From NCBI RefSeq assembly GCF_000284115.1, contig NC_017080.1, positions 480,001 through 512,000 on the forward strand: a stretch of 32,000 bases of DNA. Reading direction: 5' to 3'. This document shows, one piece after another, positions 10,160-17,652 of this stretch. Each line of letters opens with the position of its first letter. The first letter of the stretch is position 1. The position numbers and the translations under genes were made by a program. This DNA comes from Phycisphaera mikurensis NBRC 102666. Its GTDB lineage: Bacteria > Planctomycetota > Phycisphaerae > Phycisphaerales > Phycisphaeraceae. Under the pieces are notes generated by a model. It searched no databases. It worked only from the letters and a program-made list of their open reading frames with translations, and was not told the DNA's origin.

Positions 10160-10167
10160 ATTCCGCG

Positions 10168-10809
10168 ATGCGAACGACCAACGCCCGGCTCCTGGCTCTG
10201 CTCCTGCTGCTCGCCGCGGCGCCGCTGGGTGGCTGCTTGGGCGGGGCCGCGGCCGATGCCCCCGCCGACGACGCCTTCGCGACGTCGGGCAGCCCCGCGG
10301 CGGACCAGCGGGCCGAGCAGCAGATGGCCAGAACCGCGCAGGTGGAGGGCACCGAGGGCGAGGAGGACCCCGAGGAAGCCGGGCCGCAGCCCGGGGCGCG
10401 CAAGAGCCTCTACGAGCGGCTCGGCGGCTCCGCCGGCGTCGCGGCGGTGGTGGACGACGCGGTGGACCGGGCCATCGTCGACCCGCGCGTCAACGCGCAG
10501 CGGAAGGCGGTGGAGGCCGGCTGGCTGACGGCCGCGCCGCCGGCGTGGGAGCCCACGCCCGGGGCCGTCGCCCGCGTCAAGAAGCTCATCGCGCAGTTCA
10601 TCGCCACCGCCAGCGGCGGCCCCGTCGGCTACGACGGCCCGCCGATCGAGGAAGCCTTCGCCGGCCGGCGTTTCACGAACCTGGAGTTCGACGCCGCGGT
10701 GGGCAGCCTCCAGGCGAGCATGGACAAGCTGGGGCTGGCGGACCAGGAGCAGAAGGAGCTGCTGGCGGTGATGGAGACGACCCGGGAGCAGGTCGTCGAG
10801 GTCCGGTGA
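10168..10809 (+). CDS. Truncated-haemoglobin-like domain lipoprotein
   Basis: ATG 10168; lipobox LLLAAAPLGGC; globin-like KSLYERLGGSAGVAAVVDDAVDRAIVDPRVN...FIATASGGPVGYDGPPIEEAFAGRRFTNLEFD. Confidence 0.65.
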   Translation: MRTTNARLLALLLLLAAAPLGGCLGGAAADAPADDAFATSGSPAADQRAEQQMARTAQVEGTEGEEDPEEAGPQPGARKSLYERLGGSAGVAAVVDDAVDRAIVDPRVNAQRKAVEAGWLTAAPPAWEPTPGAVARVKKLIAQFIATASGGPVGYDGPPIEEAFAGRRFTNLEFDAAVGSLQASMDKLGLADQEQKELLAVMETTREQVVEVR

Positions 10810-10888
10810 GCGTGGAGGCGGCCCGCCGGGTGTCGTAGGGTTTGCCGCTCCCGCTCCGCCCCCGCCCCGCCCCCCCGCGACCCCACCC

Positions 10889-12943
10889 TTGCCGAGCCCC
10901 CTGAACCTCACCCTCGCCGCGGGCGCGCTCTCCTACGAGCAGGTCACGGTTTTCCTGCTCGCCTTCGCGGTGCTGCTGGGCACGGCCCGGCTGTTCGGCG
11001 AGGTGTGCCGCAAGCTCGGCCAGCCGGTCGTGCTCGGCGAGATCCTCGCGGGCGTCGTGCTCGGGGCGACGGTGCTGGGCAGCCCCTCGCTGGCCGGGCC
11101 CGACGGCGCCAACGTGCGGCTCTACGACTGGCTCTTCCCCGTCCACGTGCTCGACGAGGACCGCGAGCCGGTGACGGTGGTGCGGGTCGCCAAAGCCCCC
11201 GACGGCCGGCCGCAGGTGCGCGAGGCGGGAGGCGACACCGCGGCGCCGGTTCCGGAGGTGGCCGCCGATGCGCCGCGGGAGGCGCCGGCGCCGACGCGGG
11301 AGGCGGAGCGGGACGCGGACCCGGTGGCCCCCGGGTCGCTCGCGGTCGTCGACGATCCCTCCGAGCACGAGTTGGACTCCGCGCCCCTGCCGGCCGACCA
11401 CCAGAAGAGCTACGACGGGGGCTACCTCGCGATGTCGATGTTCCTGCAGCTCTCGGCGGTGTTCCTGCTGCTGGTCGCGGGGCTGGAGGTCGACCTCTCG
11501 ATCGTCTGGCGGCAGGGCCGGGCGGCCCTGCTCATCAGCGTCATGAGCATGGTCGTGCCCTTCGCGCTCGGCTTCGCGCTGGCCTACGCGGTGCCGGGGA
11601 TGCTCGGCTTCGACTTCGAGTCCGGCCAGCTGATCCCGTTCGCGCTGTTCCTGGGCGTGGCGATGTCGATCACGGCGCTGCCGGTCATCGCGAAGATCCT
11701 GATGGACCTCAACTTGTTCCGCTCCGACGTGGGCATGCTGATCATGGCCTCGGCGATGGTCAACGACCTGCTCGGCTGGATCGGCTTCGCGATCGTGCTC
11801 GCGATGGTCGCCGTGCCCATCGGCGGCGGCGAGGCGGCCGGGGCGCTCGCGGCGGCGCTGCCGCTGGCCAAGACGATCGGGCTCACGCTGCTCTTCGTCG
11901 GCGGGATGCTGACCGTCGGGCGCTGGGCGGTCCACAGAGTGCTCCCCTTCGTGCAGGCCCACAGCGCCTGGCCGGGCGGCGTGCTGAGCTTCGTGCTCTG
12001 CCTGGCGCTGGTCTGCTCGGCGATCACCGAGGCGATCGGCATCCACTCGATCTTCGGGGCCTTCATCGCCGGCGTCGCGATCGGCGACAGCGCCCACCTG
12101 CGGCGGCAGACGCGGGAGCACATCGAGCAGTTCATCAGCAACATCTTCGCGCCGCTGTTCTTCGCGAGCATCGGCCTGCGGGTGAACTTCTTCGAGGGCT
12201 TCGACCTCACCGCCGTCACGCTGGTGCTGGTGATCGCGATCGCCGGCAAGCTGATCGGCTGCTGGATCGGGGCCATCTGGGCGGGGCTCTCCCGCCGCGA
12301 GTCCGCGGCCATCGGCATGGGCATGAGCGCCAGGGGGGCGATGGAGATCATCCTGGGCCAGCTCGCGCTCAACCAGGGGCTGATCACCGAGAAGCTCTTC
12401 GTCGCCATCGTCGTGATGGCGATCGTCACCTCGCTCATCGCCGGCCCGGGGATGAAGGCCATCCTGCGGATCAAGGCCCGCCGCAAGCTGACGGATCTCA
12501 TCTCCGAGAAGCTGTACGTGGACGAGCTCCGGACGGACAACGCCCGCGGCATCATTGCCGAGCTCGCCGAGCGCGCCACCGCGACGGCGGGGCTGCCGGC
12601 GGCGGAGATCGCCGAGTCGGCGTGGCGGCGCGAGCGGCTCTTCTCGACCGGGCTGCCCGGGGGCCTGGCCATCCCGCACGCCCGCCTGGCCGGCCTCTCC
12701 CGGCCCATGGTCGCCGTGGGCCGCAGCCGCGACGGCGTCGACTTCGACGCCACCGACGGCTCGAGAGCCCGGCTGATCTGCCTGCTGCTCTCGCCGGCCG
12801 AAGACCCCACGGCGCAGGTGGAGTTGCTGCGGGCGGTCGGGGAGACCTTCGCCAACAAGGAGACGCGGGCCGCGGCGCTCGACGCGACGGGCTACACCCA
12901 GTTCCGGGCGGCGCTGATCGTCGGCGAGGCCGCCGAGCACTGA
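10889..12943 (+). CDS. CPA2/Kef-type cation:proton antiporter fused to a C-terminal PTS EIIA-like domain
   Basis: TTG start; LGQPVVLGEILAGVVLGATVLG, GLEVDLS, GMSARGAMEIILGQLAL; C-terminus LFSTGLPGGLAIPHARLAGLSRPMVAVGRS is EIIA-like with candidate phospho-His. Confidence 0.88.
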   Translation: MPSPLNLTLAAGALSYEQVTVFLLAFAVLLGTARLFGEVCRKLGQPVVLGEILAGVVLGATVLGSPSLAGPDGANVRLYDWLFPVHVLDEDREPVTVVRVAKAPDGRPQVREAGGDTAAPVPEVAADAPREAPAPTREAERDADPVAPGSLAVVDDPSEHELDSAPLPADHQKSYDGGYLAMSMFLQLSAVFLLLVAGLEVDLSIVWRQGRAALLISVMSMVVPFALGFALAYAVPGMLGFDFESGQLIPFALFLGVAMSITALPVIAKILMDLNLFRSDVGMLIMASAMVNDLLGWIGFAIVLAMVAVPIGGGEAAGALAAALPLAKTIGLTLLFVGGMLTVGRWAVHRVLPFVQAHSAWPGGVLSFVLCLALVCSAITEAIGIHSIFGAFIAGVAIGDSAHLRRQTREHIEQFISNIFAPLFFASIGLRVNFFEGFDLTAVTLVLVIAIAGKLIGCWIGAIWAGLSRRESAAIGMGMSARGAMEIILGQLALNQGLITEKLFVAIVVMAIVTSLIAGPGMKAILRIKARRKLTDLISEKLYVDELRTDNARGIIAELAERATATAGLPAAEIAESAWRRERLFSTGLPGGLAIPHARLAGLSRPMVAVGRSRDGVDFDATDGSRARLICLLLSPAEDPTAQVELLRAVGETFANKETRAAALDATGYTQFRAALIVGEAAEH

Positions 12944-13008
12944 GCCGGCGCGGCGGGCCCCTCCGCCTCCGCCCGCACCGCCGCCGGGTTGGCGGCGGGC
13001 GCGGACGC

Positions 13009-13824
13009 TCAAGCGGCCGCGCGGGGCCCGACCGCCTCGGCGAGGAGCCGGCCGAGCGCGGCTTCCAGCGCCTCCGCGTCCGCATCGGCCTCGCCGGCCG
13101 CGGGCTCGGCGCCGCCGGCGAGCCGGGCGCGGGTGCGCCCGACGGCGGCGCGGCAAGCCTCCACCGCCTCGGGGTCCGAGCCGGGCAGGCGCGCGAGCTG
13201 GGCGAGCGCCCCGCCGAGCGCCTCCGCCAGCCGCTCGCGGATCTCGGCGGCCTCCGCCCGCGCGGCGCTGAGCTCCGCCAGCTCCCGCTTCCGCCGCGTC
13301 ACGTCGACGTGCGTGCCGATGAAGCGGACGGCGCGGCCCTCGTGGTCCCGCGTGACGGCGCCGCGGGAGAAGATCTCCACCCAGGTGCCCGTCCGGTGCC
13401 GCATGCGGAACCCGATGACGTACTCGTCCTCACGCGTGGCGGCGATGTGCTCTTCGAACACGTTGAGGACCCGATCCCGGTCGTCGGGGTGCATGAGGTC
13501 CAGCGCGGTGGACACGGCCGATCCGAGTTCCGCGCGGTTGAGGCCGAGCATCCGCGCCCAGCCCTCGGAGTAGTGGACCCGGTCGTTCTGCAGGTCGACG
13601 TCCCAGATGCCATCGCCCGCCGCGTCCATCGCGGCCTCCAGCCGCTCGCAGCGGAAGGCGAGCTCGTTCCTCTCGGCCCGGACCTTCAGCAGCTGGACCC
13701 GCGTCGCGGCGTGGGCGCGGGCGCTGGACGGGCCTTCGGGACCGGAGGCGGGCGTGCCGGGCGGGGAAGCTTCGGGCATGCGGAGGCATCGGCCAGGCGA
13801 GGGATCACCCTTCAGCAGACCCAC
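13009..13824 (-). CDS. PAS domain protein
   Basis: FRCERLEAAMDAAGDGIWDVDLQNDRVHYSEGWARMLG...HPDDRDRVLNVFEEHIA...YVIGFRMRHRTGTWVEIFSRGAVTRDHEGRAVRFIGTHVDVTRRK; no kinase, GGDEF or HTH domain recognised. Confidence 0.85.
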   Translation of the reverse strand: MGLLKGDPSPGRCLRMPEASPPGTPASGPEGPSSARAHAATRVQLLKVRAERNELAFRCERLEAAMDAAGDGIWDVDLQNDRVHYSEGWARMLGLNRAELGSAVSTALDLMHPDDRDRVLNVFEEHIAATREDEYVIGFRMRHRTGTWVEIFSRGAVTRDHEGRAVRFIGTHVDVTRRKRELAELSAARAEAAEIRERLAEALGGALAQLARLPGSDPEAVEACRAAVGRTRARLAGGAEPAAGEADADAEALEAALGRLLAEAVGPRAAA

Positions 13825-13890
13825 TGAATGCAGCTCCGCAGACCGGTTCCTCCGCCGACGGGCCCGCCACGGCGGCCGGCGTCCGGGCGT

Positions 13891-15312
13891 TCAACCCACG
13901 CGTCGCTGCTCTGCCTCTTCCACCAGCCGGTCCACCTTCTCGACGTACGCCTTGGGCTTGGCCTTCCGCTCCAGCCCGTTGCGGTTCATGTAGCGGACCT
14001 TGCCGAAGATCTCGCGTTCGGTCCAGCCGCGGTCGTGCTGCCCGTACACCCACGCGACGTTGGCGAAGGAGTTGGGATCCCGCCCGTCGAGGAAGTACTT
14101 GTTGTTGAGGTAGAGCGTCGTCTCGAAGCCGTATTCGGGCGTGTTCGTCCACTCCAGGATCTTCTTGCCCCAGTACATCCGCATGTAGTTGTGCATGTAG
14201 CCGGTGTGGACCAGCTCCCTCTGCGCGGCGTTCCAGTACGGGTCGTGCGTGTCGGCGTCCTCGAGTTGCTGGCGGGTGTAGACGTGCTCACGCTCGTCGT
14301 CGCGGTGCTCGTCGAGCGTCTCCCGGGCGAACGCGGGCAGCTGCGAGAACTTGTCGTAATCCTCCTCGAAGTGCACGAAGTTGTGCGTGAGCTCGCGGCG
14401 GACGATCAGCTCCTCCAGGAAGTCGTCGCGGTCGTCGCCGCTGAGCTTGTCCCTCGCCGCGAGCGCGATGCGGATCGGCGAGAGGTTGCCGAAGTGCAGG
14501 TACTTGCTCATGTGGCTGACGTCGTCGGTCTGCGGCTGGTTGCGGTGGTCGCTGTAGACGCCGTTGGCGGTGGAGAGGAACCGCTCGAGCATCTCCTCGC
14601 CCGCGTCTTCGCCGCCGCGGAACAGCGGCACCGGCGGGACGCCGCCTTCACCGAAGCCCAGCCGGTCCAGCGCCTCGCCGATCTTCGCGTCGCTGGAGAG
14701 GTCCACCTCGTCGTCGGGGATCCCCATCGTGGTCGCGTCCTTCTCCAGCTCCGTCGGCTCCAGCGCCACGAGAAAGTCGTCGAGCCGTTTGTGGATCTTC
14801 GGGCGGATCGTGCGGGCGGCGTGCTCCTTCTTGTCGCTCGCGGTGCCGACGGGGACCACCACGTCGCTCTCGACCTCCTCCACCGGGACTTCCGCCTCGT
14901 TGCCCACCTCGTCCCGCCACGCCCGGTGGTCGCGGAGGTATCCGGCGTCGAGCACCACCCGGCACGCATCCTCCGCGTACCGCAGCGCCGTCTCCGCCAT
15001 GCCGCCCTCCACCACCGCGAAGCGGATCCGGCGGGCCGTCAGCTTGTCTCGCAGCGGCCCCACGCCCTGCAGCATGAAGTGCTTCTGCCGGCGGTGGGCG
15101 CCGAAGGTGTCGCCGACCAGCGGGTAGAGCACCAGCAGCCGCTTGCCCAGCCGGTTGGCGTGCTGCGCAGCGAGCTCCAGCGCGTGGTTCATCCGGCTCC
15201 GCATCGACGCCTCCATGACGTACAGCACGTAAGCCCCGTCCGCCTTTTCCTCGGCGTCGTTGAGGGCGGCGATGCGGTCGGCGTGGATGTCGGGGCTGGG
15301 CTCGCGGGGCAT
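13891..15312 (-). CDS. Class II deoxyribodipyrimidine photolyase
   Basis: ATG at 15312; VLYVMEASMRSRMNHALELAAQHAN...YLHFGNLSPI...EELIVRRELTHNFVHFEEDYD...HDPYWNAAQRELVHTGYMHNYMRMYWGKKILEWT matches class II photolyases. Confidence 0.92.
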   Translation of the reverse strand: MPREPSPDIHADRIAALNDAEEKADGAYVLYVMEASMRSRMNHALELAAQHANRLGKRLLVLYPLVGDTFGAHRRQKHFMLQGVGPLRDKLTARRIRFAVVEGGMAETALRYAEDACRVVLDAGYLRDHRAWRDEVGNEAEVPVEEVESDVVVPVGTASDKKEHAARTIRPKIHKRLDDFLVALEPTELEKDATTMGIPDDEVDLSSDAKIGEALDRLGFGEGGVPPVPLFRGGEDAGEEMLERFLSTANGVYSDHRNQPQTDDVSHMSKYLHFGNLSPIRIALAARDKLSGDDRDDFLEELIVRRELTHNFVHFEEDYDKFSQLPAFARETLDEHRDDEREHVYTRQQLEDADTHDPYWNAAQRELVHTGYMHNYMRMYWGKKILEWTNTPEYGFETTLYLNNKYFLDGRDPNSFANVAWVYGQHDRGWTEREIFGKVRYMNRNGLERKAKPKAYVEKVDRLVEEAEQRRVG

Positions 15313-15340
15313 GGCGGAAGGTAGCGCGAGGAGAGGTGGG

Positions 15341-15636
15341 GAGGCGGGGAAGCGGGGAAGCGGGGAAGCGGGGAAGCGGGAAAGCGGAGAAGCGGGGAAG
15401 CGGGGAAGCGGGGAAGCGAAGAAGCGAAGAAGCGGAGAAGCGAAGAAGCGAAGAAGCGAGGAAGCGAAGAAGCGAAGAAGCGGAGAAGCGGAGAAGCGGA
15501 GAAGCGGAGAAGCGGAGAAGCGAAGAAGCGAGGAAGCGAGGAAGCGAGGAAGCGGGGAAGCGGGGAAGCGGGGAAGCGGGGAAGCGGAGAAGTGAAGAAG
15601 CGAAGAGACGAAGAGGCGGAGAAGTGGGGAGGCGGG
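15341..15636. repeat. Tandem array of 37 strictly in-register 8-bp units, consensus GAAGCGRR
   Basis: Manual parse from 15341 gives 37 consecutive 8-mers with no indel; variation is mainly in positions 7-8 (GG, GA, AA, AG). Confidence 0.97.
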
Positions 15637-15775
15637 GAGGTCGGCGGTGTCTTGGCGACGGCGACCGGGTTTCGCTGCTGACTCACTAGCTTCCTCTCTC
15701 ACCCCGTCGGGTCTGACCGGCTGCGGCTCGCTTCGCGGACGATGCAGCCGCGATCCGCGACGCCCGCCGCTGCGT

Positions 15776-15805
15776 CGCTTCTCCGCTTCTCCGCTTCTCC
15801 GCTTC
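15776..15805. repeat. Short inverted-orientation copy of the 8-bp repeat (CGCTTCTC x about 3.75)
   Basis: CGCTTCTC CGCTTCTC CGCTTCTC CGCTTC is the reverse complement of the GAAGCGGA variant. Confidence 0.9.
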
Positions 15806-15847
15806 GTGCATTCTGTGCAGGACTCGGATCCACCAAGAGGTCCCGCC

Positions 15848-16585
15848 ATGCCCGACCCCATCGACCCGCAGCTCCGCCATTCCGCCCTCGCCGAGGAGTC
15901 GTGGCGGATGTTCCGCATCCTCTCCGAGTTCGTCGACGGCATCGAGGTGATGTCCGCGGTCGGGCCCGCCGTCTCGATCTTCGGTTCCGCCCGCACGCCC
16001 GAGGACGACCCGGTCTTCGCGCAGGCGGTCGCGTGCGCCCGGAAGGTGGTCGAACGCGACTTCGCCGTGATCACCGGCGGCGGGCCGGGGATCATGACCG
16101 CCGGGAACAAGGGCGCCCACGAGGCGGGCGGGCAGAGCGTGGGGCTGAACATCAAGCTGCCGCACGAGCAAAGCGGCAATCCATACCAGAACGTCAGCCT
16201 CGACTTCCGCTACTTCTTCGTCCGGAAGGTGATGTTCGTGAAGTACGCCTGCGGCTTCATCATCTTCCCCGGCGGCTTCGGCACGCTCGACGAGCTCTTC
16301 GAGAGCCTCACGCTGATCCAGACGATGAAGATCCGCCCCTTCCCGGTGGTCTGCGTCGGCCACGACTTCTGGGACGGCCTGCTCGACTGGATCCGCGAGA
16401 CGCTCGACGAGAAGTACCGGACGATCTCGCACGCGGACCTGGACCTCATCCACGTGACCGACGACCTCGACGAGGCGGTGGCGCAGATCCAGGGCTGCTT
16501 CGACCCCGGGGAGTACGCGAAGCGGGTGGCGGAGCCGATGCCGGCCCAGATGATCGACCTCGCCCGGGCGCAGGCGCCCCGCTGA
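15848..16585 (+). CDS. LOG family protein (Rossmann-fold nucleotide-binding, TIGR00730-like)
   Basis: ATG 15848; VSIFGSART...FAVITGGGPGIMTAGNKGAHEAGGQSVGLNIKLPHEQ...FFVRKVMFVKYACGFIIFPGGFGTLDELFESLTLIQT. Confidence 0.92.
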   Translation: MPDPIDPQLRHSALAEESWRMFRILSEFVDGIEVMSAVGPAVSIFGSARTPEDDPVFAQAVACARKVVERDFAVITGGGPGIMTAGNKGAHEAGGQSVGLNIKLPHEQSGNPYQNVSLDFRYFFVRKVMFVKYACGFIIFPGGFGTLDELFESLTLIQTMKIRPFPVVCVGHDFWDGLLDWIRETLDEKYRTISHADLDLIHVTDDLDEAVAQIQGCFDPGEYAKRVAEPMPAQMIDLARAQAPR

Positions 16586-16664
16586 GCGGCGGCGGGGAGC
16601 GGAGGGAGCGGGCCGCGCGGCGCACCCGGGGCGCGAACGGCCGGAGACACGGGTGCCGCCACGC

Positions 16665-17648
16665 TCACTCCAGCGCCGCGGCGTCGATCCCGTGGGGCCG
16701 CGTGGGCCCCGCGAGGCCTGCGGGCCGCCGCGGTCGCTGCGCCGCGGACCGCGAGCCTTCGGCGCTCGCGGAGCCGGCGGTCCGCGGCGGGGCGGCGACG
16801 CGGAGGCGGAGCCATTCGTGGGCGGGGGTGAGCACGCAGCAGGCGAGCAGCGTGAAGAGCGCGGCGGCGTGGATCGGCCCGGCCGAGGGCACGCGCTCCG
16901 CGGCGAGGGGCCAGAGCCACGCCACCGCGGCGAGCACGGGCAGCCACAGCGGCAGGGCGACCAGGTGGACGCGGGCCAGGCGGCGAAGCGGGCCGCGGAG
17001 CCCAGGGAAGAGCCGGCGGCCGAGGTCGGCGCACTCCGGGCCGGCGTGCAGCAGGAGGAACAGCAAGCCCACGGAAGCGAGCGGCGGGAGCAGCGCCGGG
17101 ACGAGGAACAGCAGGGCCAGCCGCGCCGCGGCTCGGGCGCGGCCCTTTCGCTCCCGCCAGAGGTCCGCGGCGAGCATGCCCGCCGAGGCGACGCACGCCG
17201 CGGTCGCGAGCGGGACGACCGCGCGCGGGAACGGCGCGTCGCCGCCGGCGAGCCGGACGAGCTCGTCGAACAGCGACAGCGTCGCGCCGGGGCGGAAGGC
17301 GAAGGGCAGCAGCACCAGCAAGGCGGCCTCGGCGAAGCAGCGCCGCGGCGGTTCATCCGCGACTCGGCTTGCGGCGGTGCGGCCGAAGTGCCAGACGGTC
17401 AGAGGGAGGAAGGCCAAGAGCGCCACCGCCGGCAGCAGCAAGAGCAGGGCGAGGGCGGCGCCGTCGATCGCGAGGTAGCCGGCGGCCGTGCTTCTTGGCC
17501 AGCCGGGCCCCCGCCGCGGCCGTTCGTTCAGCAGCACGGCCGCGTCGGCGGCGCCGTGCGGCATGCCCAGCGCCAGCAGGCTGAGGGCAAAGGGCAACGC
17601 GGCGATCTCCGCCGCGAAGCCCGGGCACGTCGGGGCCCAGGGGGCCAT
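16665..17648 (-). CDS. blh: Brp/Blh-like beta-carotene 15,15'-dioxygenase (divergent)
   Basis: 327-aa multi-TM protein with LGMPHGAADAAVL, LPLTVWHFGRTAA and LLFLLLHAGPECADL regions; starts 4 bp after the rhodopsin stop. Confidence 0.75.
   Translation of the reverse strand: MAPWAPTCPGFAAEIAALPFALSLLALGMPHGAADAAVLLNERPRRGPGWPRSTAAGYLAIDGAALALLLLLPAVALLAFLPLTVWHFGRTAASRVADEPPRRCFAEAALLVLLPFAFRPGATLSLFDELVRLAGGDAPFPRAVVPLATAACVASAGMLAADLWRERKGRARAAARLALLFLVPALLPPLASVGLLFLLLHAGPECADLGRRLFPGLRGPLRRLARVHLVALPLWLPVLAAVAWLWPLAAERVPSAGPIHAAALFTLLACCVLTPAHEWLRLRVAAPPRTAGSASAEGSRSAAQRPRRPAGLAGPTRPHGIDAAALE
16741..16788. repeat. Palindromic element with GCCGCGGACCG / CGGTCCGCGGC arms, inside the C-terminal tail of the blh ORF
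   Basis: 11-bp perfect arms with inner GCGAGC/GCTCGC stem; same core as 5329-5376 and 29691-29736. Confidence 0.7.
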
Positions 17649-17652
17649 GGGC

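Noticed and set aside
15341-15636. 8-bp array as assembly artefact
   Set aside because: Units vary in an ordered way (GG, GA, AA, AG) and a matching inverted short array exists nearby, favouring a real locus, though raw reads were not available.
15189-15689. ORFs across the 8-bp array encoding GEAGKRGS/RFPASPLL octapeptide repeats
   Set aside because: An 8-bp unit gives the same octapeptide-like pattern in several frames on both strands. The photolyase has a good ATG at 15312, so its ORF extension through the array is spurious.
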